The position numbers and the translations under genes were made by a program. From Vicinamibacteria bacterium (GTDB lineage: Bacteria > Acidobacteriota > Vicinamibacteria > Marinacidobacterales > Marinacidobacteraceae): a stretch of 64,000 nucleotides of DNA. Below, piece by piece: positions 35,793 to 45,518 of the stretch. Location: the NCBI GenBank assembly GCA_963555995.3, contig OY821641.1, forward strand, positions 3,200,001 through 3,264,000, in the 5' to 3' direction. The number at the start of each line of letters is the position of its first letter. The first letter of the stretch is position 1. The notes under the pieces were generated by a model. The model was not told the origin of the DNA. It did no database searches and saw only the letters and a program-made list of their open reading frames with translations.

Positions 35793-37586
35793 ATGCAAGC
35801 CCACTCTATCGAGCTTAAGTCCGTTTCCGACCTCCTAGTTGACGAGTACGGCGACGAGAGGCGGTTCTGGATTCCGGACTACCAGCGGGGCTACCGTTGG
35901 ACGCCCCTCCAAGTGACTCAACTACTCGATGACGTCTGGGAGTTCGTTCAACGCGAGGCCGGCAGTCGGCAGTCCTTCTACTGCCTACAGCCAGTTGTCA
36001 TCAAACGGCGATCTGACATGAGTTACGAGGTCGTGGACGGACAACAGCGCTTGGTGACCATACACATCTTGCTCTCCTACCTCGCGGACATTGCTTCGAT
36101 TCTCGGTAAGAGGTCATTCAAGATCGCTTTCGCGACGCGCGGTTCCCTGGGTGAGGGATTCTTGGAACACATCGATCCGAACCAAGCGGACGACAACGTC
36201 GACTTTTTTCACATGGCGGCGGCCTACAAGGCCATCGAAACCTGGTTTTCGCAACACGATAACGGAATGCAGCGACTCAGGCTGCTCCAGCATCTGTTGA
36301 ACGACGACGCCACGGGGCGCAACGTTAAGGTGATCTGGTTCGAGCTTCACTGCTCGGACAACCCGATTGGCGCCTTTACTAGGCTCAATATCGGGAAGAT
36401 TCCTCTTACGAACTCTGAACTCATCCGATCCCTGTTCCTGAAACGCATGGACGACGACACGGATACCACGGCGTTTCAGCTCCAGGTCGCACACGAGTGG
36501 GACCAAATGGAGAAGGCACTACAGAATGACGCCTTCTGGTGTTTCTTGAGTAACGACGTCGGGCCGCCTAAGAGCCGTATGGAGTTTGTGTTTGACCTCC
36601 TCGTCCGGGAATCCGGCGGTCTCGCAACTAGATCACACGACCCATATCGCGTGTTCCATACCTACGCTACACGGATCAACAGGAGTCGCACCAACCAGGA
36701 AAGCGAATGGATTAAGGTCAAGCGGACGGTCATGCTTCTTGAGGAGTGGCATGTAGACCGGACGCTCTACCATCTCGTCGGACTCCTAGTCGCGTGGGAC
36801 GTTGCGGTTCCTGAGCTTGTCGCTATAGCCAATGGCCGAAAAAAGCGCGAATTCCAGAAAACGCTCCGTGCCAAAGTCTTCAAATCAGCCTTTGGACAGG
36901 ACCAACCGACGGACTTAGCCTTCGACGAGAGACGGGAACTCGTTTCTGGTGTACTGGCCGATCTGGAATATCCAACCGACCGAGCACGCATTCGTGCCGT
37001 GCTCCTTCTGTTTAACGTGGCCATTCACTTGGAGAGCGCGAACGGATACTCACGCTTTGACTTTGCGGCGTTCAAGGGCGGCCAATGGGACATAGAGCAC
37101 GTTCGGTCTGTGGCACGTGGTCGCCCCGTGTACCGTGCGGACCGCCGGACATGGTTTCGGATATGTCGGGAGCAGCTACAGAAGGACGAGTCCGAGGCCG
37201 AGTTGTGTAGCCAGTTGGATTCCTACCTAACGCTATCTGCGGACGAGACTGACGACGCCGACTTCGAACGCCTGTACAAGCGTGTCTTGAAGGTATTTCG
37301 GGAAGAGGATGATGAGGATGTTGACGACGGCATCGGGAACCTGGTGCTCCTCGACCAGAGCACGAACCGCAGCTACAAGAACGCTGTTTTTGCCGCCAAG
37401 AGGCAGCGTGTCGTTGCCTTGGATCAAAGCGGTGGCTTCGTGCCGTTGGCTACGAGGAATGTGTTCCTAAAGGCCTACAATCCAAAGCCGGATACGCTTC
37501 TCTTTTGGACACGATCCGACCGTGATGCCTACCTTTGCGCGATGGTAGACGCGATAACGCACTTCTTCGACAATGCGGACCAATAG
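35793..37586 (+). CDS. GmrSD/SspE-like DUF262 + DUF1524 (HNH) protein
   Basis: IPDYQRGYRW, VVDGQQRL and FTRLNIGKIPLT. C-terminal WDIEHV...GIGNLVLL...N...N. Confidence 0.85.
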   Translation: MQAHSIELKSVSDLLVDEYGDERRFWIPDYQRGYRWTPLQVTQLLDDVWEFVQREAGSRQSFYCLQPVVIKRRSDMSYEVVDGQQRLVTIHILLSYLADIASILGKRSFKIAFATRGSLGEGFLEHIDPNQADDNVDFFHMAAAYKAIETWFSQHDNGMQRLRLLQHLLNDDATGRNVKVIWFELHCSDNPIGAFTRLNIGKIPLTNSELIRSLFLKRMDDDTDTTAFQLQVAHEWDQMEKALQNDAFWCFLSNDVGPPKSRMEFVFDLLVRESGGLATRSHDPYRVFHTYATRINRSRTNQESEWIKVKRTVMLLEEWHVDRTLYHLVGLLVAWDVAVPELVAIANGRKKREFQKTLRAKVFKSAFGQDQPTDLAFDERRELVSGVLADLEYPTDRARIRAVLLLFNVAIHLESANGYSRFDFAAFKGGQWDIEHVRSVARGRPVYRADRRTWFRICREQLQKDESEAELCSQLDSYLTLSADETDDADFERLYKRVLKVFREEDDEDVDDGIGNLVLLDQSTNRSYKNAVFAAKRQRVVALDQSGGFVPLATRNVFLKAYNPKPDTLLFWTRSDRDAYLCAMVDAITHFFDNADQ

Positions 37587-39981
37587 CGACTCGTACACCA
37601 TAGGCCCACCGCTGACGCTCCGCGGCCTTCTCGAGCGGTACGGCCAAGTCCGAATCCCCATTATCCAGCGTGACTACGTTCAAGGTCTGGACAGTGAAGG
37701 CGAGACGAGGCGCGAGTTTCTTCGTGTGTTGCGTGACGCGGTATCGGACTCCTCGAATGATCTGAAGCCTCCCGTCAATCTAGACTTTATCTACGGGAAC
37801 ATCAAGGACGGACAGAGGACGAGTTTCCTGCCCCTCGACGGACAACAACGACTTACGACGCTGTTCTTGTTGCATTGGTACCTAGCGTGGCGCGATCGGG
37901 AACATGACCTGTTCGACCGCCTATTTCGAGGCGATCGTGGTTGCCGTTTTTCCTACAGCGTCCGAACGAGTAGTGCCGAATTCTTTGACGCGCTTTCTGC
38001 GTTCCGTCCGGATACCAACGCGACCGGCGCGGTGTGTGTTTCTGCGTTGATCAAGGATCAACCCTGGTATTTCCGACATTGGCGATTGGACCCCACTATT
38101 CGAGCTGCAACGGAGATGCTGGATGCGATACATATCGACTTTATGGATTGTGCCGGCGGCTTCCTACGCCTTGTAGATCCGGAGAAACCGGCGATTACGT
38201 TCCAGCTTCTAGAGTTGCGCGAATTCGGGCTCTCGGACGACCTGTATATCAAGATGAATGCGCGAGGAAAGGGATTAACGGAGTTTGAGGCATTCAAGGC
38301 GCGGTACAGGGAACACATCGAAGCACAGTTTGATGGCGAGAGCAGACGATTGAGCGGCGAGGATATTCCGGTTGCAGAGTACTTTGTTCGTCGCATGGAC
38401 ACAGTTTGGTCCGATCTGTTCTGGCGATACAGAAGAAAGGGAGCGTCGTCATGCGATAGGGAGATAATGAACCTCATCCGCGTAGTGGCCATGGCGTCAC
38501 GGAATCCAGGTGAAGAACAATATACGAAGAGAATCTCGGCGCTGCGCGATCACAGGAACCCAGCGACGTTCAGTACTCTGGACCGATACGGGTGTCTGGA
38601 CCGCAGGCTATCGGAGACCTTACTGTTGCTGCTTGATACGTGGAGCGGATCCAACGGATCCTTTGCGGCGCAGCTCACGGAATCACGGCCGTTTAACGAG
38701 CTAGGCTTTTTTCGCCGTGCGATATCGCGGCCAACTGACGTCGGCTATGCCGAATTAGTTCAGCTAGTCGGATTTATTGCGTTCTTGGAGGCGAATGACA
38801 CGCTCACAAGTCAGGCGAGCCTCTACGATTGGATGCGTATTATTGTCAATCTGTCGACGAACACAGCGTATGACGGCCCCAGCGATTTACAGCGCAGTGT
38901 AAGGGGGATCGCCGCCCTTTCACATCGCAGTGGGGAAGTGCTGGAGTATTTCGTGAATCACGAGCGACCGGTTGTCGGGTTCAATGAACAACAGATTGAA
39001 GAGGAACGACTGAAGGCCGAGTTGATATCCGCCGGTTACCGCTGGCGGCCCCTTATCGAGACGGCAGAGAGGCATGGCTATTTCAAGGGCCAGATCGGAT
39101 TCCTGCTGGATTTCTGCGGAGCGCGTGACGCGTGGGCGACCGGTCAACATGAGGGCTGGAGTGCGGCGGGGCACAGAGATGTACAGAGGGAATTTCGGCG
39201 ATACTTGCGCGCAGCGAAGACAATGTTTACCCCGAAGGGCCTTAGTGATGTCGGCGAAAACCGATGGGAGCGCGCCCTGCTGACGTTGGGAAAATACCTG
39301 CTACGAAGGTGGTTGAACTACTCGTTTCTCGTTAATGCGACGACAGAGAATGCTAGCTGGAAAGGCCTGCTGCGGGCGTCGAATCGTGAGAGTGCGGCAT
39401 CGCGTATGCTCCTTCAGCGTTTGTGGGATCGGCTAGATCACGACGGTAACATTGCAGATCAACTGGATAAGATGATTTACGCCGCGAGCGGCCTAGAGGA
39501 GTGGAGAGAAGCACTCGTGAAGACCTCTGAAGCGATCGCGTACTGCGGGATGCGGGAGATTCGTTGGGAGTCGGAAGACGAGATCTATCTGTTGAGGAAG
39601 CGGCAGATGAATGGGGCACATGCGGAGCTGTTCACCTATTGCCTCTTTGTGGCCGGAAAGCTCGAGGATGCGTTGCCTGACACAGTGAATGTAGAGTACA
39701 TGTTTCCGACAGACACGTACACGCGGCCCGGGATTGTGATGAGGTGGGTACAAAACAGTAGGCGTGTGGTCCTGACGCTCGAGCGGTCGGGCATAGACTA
39801 CGTCGTCACCGTGTGTCAGCACGGGCCGGCTAACGGTGCAAGCGTGGAATGGCAGGTCCCAGAGTCCGCGGGACTCAAAGAAACAGACGGGATGCTGCGG
39901 AAGGAGATCGGAACGAGTCGGGTCGAGGAAGCCGTGGCGGGCCTTGTGAGAGTCCTTACGAGGGCTTCGGCCGAGGCGTGA
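37573..39981 (+). CDS. DUF262 domain protein with long uncharacterised C-terminus
   Basis: IPIIQRDYVQG, LDFIYG, LDGQQRLTTLFLL and YIKMNARGKGLTEFE. 14-nt overlap with the upstream gene. No HNH motif seen. Confidence 0.8.
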   Translation: MRTNSDSYTIGPPLTLRGLLERYGQVRIPIIQRDYVQGLDSEGETRREFLRVLRDAVSDSSNDLKPPVNLDFIYGNIKDGQRTSFLPLDGQQRLTTLFLLHWYLAWRDREHDLFDRLFRGDRGCRFSYSVRTSSAEFFDALSAFRPDTNATGAVCVSALIKDQPWYFRHWRLDPTIRAATEMLDAIHIDFMDCAGGFLRLVDPEKPAITFQLLELREFGLSDDLYIKMNARGKGLTEFEAFKARYREHIEAQFDGESRRLSGEDIPVAEYFVRRMDTVWSDLFWRYRRKGASSCDREIMNLIRVVAMASRNPGEEQYTKRISALRDHRNPATFSTLDRYGCLDRRLSETLLLLLDTWSGSNGSFAAQLTESRPFNELGFFRRAISRPTDVGYAELVQLVGFIAFLEANDTLTSQASLYDWMRIIVNLSTNTAYDGPSDLQRSVRGIAALSHRSGEVLEYFVNHERPVVGFNEQQIEEERLKAELISAGYRWRPLIETAERHGYFKGQIGFLLDFCGARDAWATGQHEGWSAAGHRDVQREFRRYLRAAKTMFTPKGLSDVGENRWERALLTLGKYLLRRWLNYSFLVNATTENASWKGLLRASNRESAASRMLLQRLWDRLDHDGNIADQLDKMIYAASGLEEWREALVKTSEAIAYCGMREIRWESEDEIYLLRKRQMNGAHAELFTYCLFVAGKLEDALPDTVNVEYMFPTDTYTRPGIVMRWVQNSRRVVLTLERSGIDYVVTVCQHGPANGASVEWQVPESAGLKETDGMLRKEIGTSRVEEAVAGLVRVLTRASAEA

Positions 39982-39987
39982 TTCGAA

Positions 39988-40535
39988 ATGCGGGGGGATC
40001 TGCGGCAAGGGAGCCGCGTAAACGCCCGTGGCCAACCGAGACGGCGCACATTGTCGGCGGACGAATCTACGCCGGAAACAGATTGGAGCAGGGTTAAGGC
40101 GATTGTTGCGGCTCTGTACAAGAACACAGACGAACTCGAAGCGATCTTTCCGGATCGCAGGTTCACACCTGACGGCCACCTGATGGGAAGTCTTGGCGAA
40201 GTCATTGCAGCGTACATGTTCGGGCTTGATCTGGAGAAACCATCTAAGACCGGGCACGATGCTCACGCACCGGACAAGAGAAAGTCGAAATCAAGCTGAC
40301 GCAGGGGACGAGGGTGGGATTCCGCGAAAAGCCCGAGCACGCCATCGTGCTGCAACGAAAGAAGGGCGAGTCGGTTCGGGTTGTCTTCAACGGTCCAGGC
40401 TGGGAGTTTTGGGGCGATATTGGCGAGCAGCAACGAAATGGCCAACGGTCTATTTCGGTCAGTAAACTTCGCGATGCCGACGGCCGGGTAGCGGATAAAG
40501 ACAGGCTGCCTCAGGTCCACGATCCACCATTGTGA
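39988..40535 (+). pseudogene. Frameshifted DUF6998-like / PD-(D/E)XK-like protein
   Basis: FTPDGHLMGSLGEVIAA...GHDA continues as KVEIKLTQG...VVFNGPG only after a -1 shift at ~40280 (AAGAGAAAGTCGAAATCAAG). Confidence 0.6.
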
Positions 40536-40730
40536 CCGGCCATGCGGACCGGCGATCCGGATTGCCTGCGGAGTTCGCGGCGTCTAGCTAGGACGGGTTC
40601 CCTCGCGGCGCGATGCGGGCCAGACGCGCGGCGGTCCGAGGGTCACCCGTCCCGGGTGGACATCTCAAGGTGGAAGCCTCTGCTCACATCTCCCGCCACG
40701 AGCGGTGGTGCGCACCGGTAGGGCGCGACC

Positions 40731-41066
40731 TCAGCGCAGAACCCGCAGCGCGGTCTCGGGGGCTTGGTCAAGCAGCCGCAGCAACGCCCGCGCGGCGCCG
40801 GTCGGGCAGCGCTTCCCCTGTTCCCAGTTCCGGATCGTCTCCGGCGGCACCTGGATCCGCCGTGCGAACTCCACCTGGGACAGGCCAAGGCGTCGGCGGA
40901 CCCGGCGGGCGAAGCGCGCCGTCTCCCGGATCGCTTCCTCGTCATCGTCGCGTTGCTGCCGGGCGAGGTCCGCTTCGGTGGTTCGGTCGAGCACGGCGTA
41001 GTCCACCCGCCCCGGCGGCAGGCTGTTCGGATCGCGCTCGAACTCCACAACCGAAATATGGGCCAA
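40731..41066 (-). CDS. XRE-family HTH antitoxin-like protein (HigA/MqsA-type)
   Basis: RRRLGLSQVEFARRI.V...TIRNWEQGKRCPTGAARALL. GAGG upstream of TTG 41066. Confidence 0.8.
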   Translation of the reverse strand: MAHISVVEFERDPNSLPPGRVDYAVLDRTTEADLARQQRDDDEEAIRETARFARRVRRRLGLSQVEFARRIQVPPETIRNWEQGKRCPTGAARALLRLLDQAPETALRVLR

Positions 41067-41149
41067 TGGCCTACCTCGATCAAGGCCCCGGCGTTCGCTG
41101 GCTGTGAAGAAACGGTCCCGCGGGTAGGCCAACGTCAATGGTGGCGCCC

Positions 41150-41354
41150 CCGGCTTGGAACGCCGATCTCCAGATCGGCACGCGCGGCGCTCCGCGCAGC
41201 GCACGGCGCGGCGTTGATCTGCGGGGTGGTTCTCTCTACGCAACGCAACACACAGGGCGTTTCCGGACGTGCGTCCCGCAAGGCCGAACGGCGCCGCGTT
41301 CTCCGCGGGCCTCCGGCCCGCTGTGCCGATCTGGAGATCGGCGTTCCAAGCCGG
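41150..41354. repeat. REPIN-like element, GCCGATC-TCCA-GATCGGC variant in both arms
   Basis: REP copies at 41157(+) and 41323(-). Confidence 0.85.
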
Positions 41355-41366
41355 CGTGCCGAGGGG

Positions 41367-42413
41367 TCAGCCGCCGCGGGTGTGCATTTCTAGGTGGGGG
41401 TCCTTGCGGAGGTCGCCGGCGGCGACGAGTGGGGTGCGCTGGTCGAGGGCGGCTCGCTCTTCGGCGCCGCGGTCGGTTCGGGCTGACCAGGTGGAGGTGA
41501 TCAGCGCCTCGATCTCGGCGGCGGTTGCTCCGGAGCGGAGCGGGGCCCGGAGGTCGAGTCCTTCGGGGGCGTAGAGACACCGGAACCAGCGTCCGTCCGC
41601 GGTGACGCGGCTGCGGTCGCAGGCGCGGCAGAAGGGTTCGGAGACCGAGGCGATGATGCCGAAGACCCGTCCGTCGGGAATCCGGTAGCGGCGGGCCGGC
41701 GCGGTGGGGTCCTCGACCGGAACCGCTTCGACGCTGCCGTAGCGCCTCGCCATAAGCGCGCGGATGGCGGTCGCATCGAACACCAGGTCCGGGCGCCAGC
41801 CGGTGGCGCCCCCGACGTCCATGTACTCGATGAAACGGACCTCGCCGCGCTGGTCCGAGGCGAACTCGAAGAGGTCCGCCAGCTCGTCGTCGTTGAACCC
41901 CCGGATGACCACCGTATCGAGCTTCAGGGGCCGGAGCCCGGCCGCGTTCGCCGCGGCGATGCCGTCCCGGACGGCGTCCAGTCCGTCCCGGCGGGTGAGC
42001 GAGCGGAACCGGTCGGGCCGGAGGGTGTCGAGGCTGACCGTGATCCGGTGGAGGCCCGCGTCCTTCAGCGCCGCCGCCTGGTCGGCGAGGAGGATCCCGT
42101 TGGTGGTCAGGGCGACGTCCTCGATCCCCGGAACGACCGAGACCAGCCGGATCAGTTCGGGCAGGTGGCGGCGGATCAGCGGCTCCCCGCCGGTGATCCG
42201 GAGCTTCCGCACCCCGAGCGCCGCGAACCGTTCGACGACGAACGCCGTCTCGTCGAAGCTCAGCAGGTCCTTCCGGGGCAGCCAGACGTACTCCTCCTCG
42301 GGCATGCAGTACTGGCAACGGAGGTTGCAGCGGTCGGTGACCGAGAGGCGCAGGCTCCCGAGCGGGCGGCGGAACCGGTCGAGGACGGGACTTTGGAGGG
42401 AGGACGAGGACAA
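41367..42413 (-). CDS. moaA: GTP 3',8-cyclase (molybdenum cofactor biosynthesis)
   Basis: LRLSVTDRCNLRCQYC radical-SAM motif, TGGEP, FC..C.R.R...G....C and C-terminal GG. Confidence 0.95.
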   Translation of the reverse strand: MSSSSLQSPVLDRFRRPLGSLRLSVTDRCNLRCQYCMPEEEYVWLPRKDLLSFDETAFVVERFAALGVRKLRITGGEPLIRRHLPELIRLVSVVPGIEDVALTTNGILLADQAAALKDAGLHRITVSLDTLRPDRFRSLTRRDGLDAVRDGIAAANAAGLRPLKLDTVVIRGFNDDELADLFEFASDQRGEVRFIEYMDVGGATGWRPDLVFDATAIRALMARRYGSVEAVPVEDPTAPARRYRIPDGRVFGIIASVSEPFCRACDRSRVTADGRWFRCLYAPEGLDLRAPLRSGATAAEIEALITSTWSARTDRGAEERAALDQRTPLVAAGDLRKDPHLEMHTRGG

Positions 42414-42459
42414 GGGGCGCTACAGCCTACTACCGGGAGGTCGGGAAGCCCGGTGTCCG

Positions 42460-43299
42460 TCAGTTGATCGCGATCAGTTCGACCTCGAAAAGCAGGGTCG
42501 CGTAAGGAGGGATCCGGGGTTGCCGGCCGGCCGCGCCGTAGGCGAGTTCATGGGGAATCACGATGCGCCGGCGTCCGCCGACGCGCATCCCCACGATCCC
42601 CAGATCCCAGCCCACGATGACCGCGCCCACCCCAAGCGTGAACTCGAAGGGGTCCTCCGCGGTGGTGGAATCGAAGGTGTCCCCCTTGTTGTCGGGCGCC
42701 AGCAGGTCGTACACCCAGCCGTGGTAGGCCATCGCGAGGGAATCCCCGTTCCCGGCCTCCTCCCCGGAGCCGACCTGCAGATCGGTGGGTTCGAACGGCA
42801 CCTCCGCTCCCGCCACCAGGTCCACCTCGAAGAGCAGGGTGGCGTTTCCGGGGACCAGGCTGTTCCCCTGGGCGCCGAAACCCAGGTCGGGCGGCACGAC
42901 GATCCGGCGTTTCCCTCCCACCCGCATGCCGGCCATCCCCCGGTCTATGCCGGGGATGACCTGTCCCACGCCGAACCGGAACGAGTCGGGATCGTCCTCG
43001 GCTACCGATATGAACTCCGAACCCCGGTTGTCGGGACCGGACTCGTCGTAGAGCCACCCGGTGTAGGCGATCGCGAGCAGCCAGCCGTCCTGCACCTCGG
43101 GACCCTCCCCTTCCTCAAGATCCGTGAACCCGAAGGGCACGTCGAGCGGCGGGGCTGGTTCCGGTACCGGCGGCGTCGTGGGGGAGGCCCCGTCACCGCC
43201 GCAGCCGGGTCCGAAGGCGCCGGCCGCGAACAGGATGGCCGGCAGGAGGGACTGCCGGCGTGCCGTGCCGGTCTGAAGACCGGCGCTCCCAGCGGCCAC
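42460..43299 (-). CDS. Tandem-domain FKBP-type peptidylprolyl isomerase lipoprotein
   Basis: Two FKBP domains (YTGWL...VIPG.D.G..GMRVGG.RRI..PP.L.FG...ATLLFEV). Lipoprotein Cys in GPGC. Start uncertain. Confidence 0.9.
   Translation of the reverse strand: MAAGSAGLQTGTARRQSLLPAILFAAGAFGPGCGGDGASPTTPPVPEPAPPLDVPFGFTDLEEGEGPEVQDGWLLAIAYTGWLYDESGPDNRGSEFISVAEDDPDSFRFGVGQVIPGIDRGMAGMRVGGKRRIVVPPDLGFGAQGNSLVPGNATLLFEVDLVAGAEVPFEPTDLQVGSGEEAGNGDSLAMAYHGWVYDLLAPDNKGDTFDSTTAEDPFEFTLGVGAVIVGWDLGIVGMRVGGRRRIVIPHELAYGAAGRQPRIPPYATLLFEVELIAIN
43265..43290. repeat. Single REP-like palindrome in FKBP 5' region
   Basis: GTGCCGGTCTGAAGACCGGCGCTCCC. Confidence 0.85.
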
Positions 43300-43306
43300 C
43301 GTACGC

Positions 43307-44851
43307 TCAGCGGGCCAGAAAAACGCCGGGGCGCGCATCGGTGACGACGCCGTCCGCGAACACGGTCTCGCCCCCGACCAGCACCCGGTGGATCCCGACC
43401 GAGAGTTCGTGGGGCGCCTCCGGGGTGGCCCGGTCCGAGACCGTGTCCGGATCGAATAGCACCAGGTCCGCGACCATTCCGGGGGCGATCCGGCCCCGGT
43501 CGGCGAAACCCATGTGGTCCGCGGCGAGCGAGGTCATCCGCCGCACGGCCTCTTCGAGGCTCAGGATTGCCCGTTCGCGGACGAACTGCCGGAGCGCCCG
43601 CGGGAAGGAACCGAAACCGCGGGGATGGGCGCCGAAGAGCGCGCCGTCGGTGGACAGGTTGGCGTGCTCCCAGGCGAAGAGCGCGGCGATGTCGTCCTCG
43701 GCCATGCTGGTGGCGATCACCGTTTCGACGCGGGTTCCGGGTTCGAAATCCGGGTCAGCGTCAGCGCGCATCGCCTCGGCCCGCTGGATCAGCTCCAGAA
43801 GCGTCACGGCCGGCTCCTCCCCGCGCTCCGCCGCGATGCTGGCGAGGGTGCGGCCGGCGTAGGCGGGCTCCGGCGCGTAGGTCGGAATCAGGATGCCCTC
43901 GGGCAGGGCCATCTGGGAGACCACGAACCGGGACTCCTCGAGGTCGGTGAAGTCCCGCTCCGGGAACATCACGGTGAGGGTGGACTGCCAGTACGGGTAG
44001 GGATAGACGTCCAGCGTGATGTCCACCCCGGCGGCGCGGGCTTCCTCCAGCCGGCCGAGGAAGCGGGGCACTTCTCCCCAGAGGCTCTGGAGCGCCAGCT
44101 TCGCGTGGGTGACCTGGACCGGCATTCCGGTCTCCTCGCCGATCCGGATGATCTCCTCCACCGCCTCCCAGAACCAGCGGTCCTCGCTGCGCAGATGGCT
44201 GAGGTAGCGGCCGCCCGCGTCGGCGGCCACCTGGGCCAGCGCCACCACCTCTTCGGTCGCCGAGTAGATCCCGGGGTCGTACTCGAGGCCGGTGCTCAGG
44301 CCGAGCGCCCCGGCGGCGAGGTCCGCTTCGAGAAGGCGGGCCATCGCGGCGGTCTCGCCGGGAGTCGCCTCGCGGCGGAAGTCCTCGCCCATGACCAGCG
44401 CCCGGAAGGTGTTGTGGCCCGCGAAGCTGGCCACGTTCACGGTCGCCGGGGAGGCCTCGAAACGGGCGCGAAAGTCCGCCAGCGGATGGTGCGAGCCGCC
44501 GTCCTGCCCCACCACCAGGGTCGTGATCCCCTGGCTTACGGCGGCGGTGGCGTCGAGCCGCTCGAGGAGGTCGCGGTCGGCGTGGCTGTGGGTGTCAATG
44601 AACCCCGGCGCCAGTACCAGGCCTCCCGCGTCGAGCACGGTGTCTCCGGATACGGGCGCGGTACCCGCGCCCACCTCCGCGATCCGCCCGCCCACGACGC
44701 GAACGGTTCCGGAAACGGCCGGTGTCCCGGCGCCGTCCACGATGCGGGCGTTCGTGATGGCGAGTCCGGGAGGCGCTCCGGCATCACACCCCGCAAGGGC
44801 CAGCAGCAGTCCCGCCAGCGCAAGCGCGACGCCACGCTTTCGGCGGATCAT
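43307..44851 (-). CDS. N-acyl-D-amino-acid deacylase-family amidohydrolase (lipoprotein)
   Basis: Lipobox LALAGC, APGFIDTHSH, GLSTGLEY, SHLRSE, HPRGFGSFPR and ADLVLFDP. Confidence 0.9.
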   Translation of the reverse strand: MIRRKRGVALALAGLLLALAGCDAGAPPGLAITNARIVDGAGTPAVSGTVRVVGGRIAEVGAGTAPVSGDTVLDAGGLVLAPGFIDTHSHADRDLLERLDATAAVSQGITTLVVGQDGGSHHPLADFRARFEASPATVNVASFAGHNTFRALVMGEDFRREATPGETAAMARLLEADLAAGALGLSTGLEYDPGIYSATEEVVALAQVAADAGGRYLSHLRSEDRWFWEAVEEIIRIGEETGMPVQVTHAKLALQSLWGEVPRFLGRLEEARAAGVDITLDVYPYPYWQSTLTVMFPERDFTDLEESRFVVSQMALPEGILIPTYAPEPAYAGRTLASIAAERGEEPAVTLLELIQRAEAMRADADPDFEPGTRVETVIATSMAEDDIAALFAWEHANLSTDGALFGAHPRGFGSFPRALRQFVRERAILSLEEAVRRMTSLAADHMGFADRGRIAPGMVADLVLFDPDTVSDRATPEAPHELSVGIHRVLVGGETVFADGVVTDARPGVFLAR

Positions 44852-44961
44852 TGTTTCCTCCGGGGTTTCCTCCGGGCTCCGCCGGGGACGGTACCAGACG
44901 GGTCCCCACCGAGAGTGCTCGCGCAGCAGTGGGCGATTCCGCCCCGCTCCGCGGGACGGAC

Positions 44962-45066
44962 GCCGACCGGGGTCGGCGTTCCAAGCCGGCAGTGCGATGC
45001 GGCCAAGCAGTTCCACGCGCTCTGCGGGCGTGCGGCCCGCGTGCCGGTCTGAAGACCGGCGCTCCC
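44962..45066. repeat. Two REP-like palindromes
   Basis: GCCGACCGGGGTCGGCGTTCC (44962) and GTGCCGGTCTGAAGACCGGCGCTCCC (45041). Confidence 0.75.
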
Positions 45067-45073
45067 CGCTCCC

Positions 45074-45403
45074 CTACCCGATCAGGGATTCGAGGCGGGC
45101 AGCGAGGTTGGCCTTCGATTGCACTCCCACGATCTGGCCGACCACCTCGCCCTTCTGGAAGAACAGCAGGGTCGGGATCGAACGGACCCGGAACTTCTCG
45201 GCGATCCGGGGTTCGTCGTCAACGTTCACCTTGCCGATCACGGCCCGGCCGTCGAAGTCCTCGGCCAATTCCGAAATCGCCGGCGCGATCATCCGGCAGG
45301 GGCCGCACCACTCGGCCCAGAAATCCACCAGGCTCGGCTGGTCGCCGCCCACCGTTGCATCGAAATTGTCGCTGGTCAGTTCCAGCGCCTTGCCGTCGGA
45401 CAT
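45074..45403 (-). CDS. trxA: Thioredoxin
   Basis: VDFWAEWCGPC and SIPTL; 109 aa. Confidence 0.95.
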   Translation of the reverse strand: MSDGKALELTSDNFDATVGGDQPSLVDFWAEWCGPCRMIAPAISELAEDFDGRAVIGKVNVDDEPRIAEKFRVRSIPTLLFFQKGEVVGQIVGVQSKANLAARLESLIG

Positions 45404-45518
45404 ACTTTGGTCTACTCCGGGGAATGGGTCCGCCGCTGGCGGTGTCAGGGATCGGTTTCCATTCTAGCCGGTCACTTTTGACCTTCTGCCTTACGCCATA
45501 CTTTGGCGGTCAGGCGTC

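Noticed and set aside
35471-35793. tRNA/att site or integrase at the island boundary
   Set aside because: No cloverleaf, no direct repeat matching the 40550 end and no recombinase seen; only a REP variant at 35491 and an AT-rich leader.
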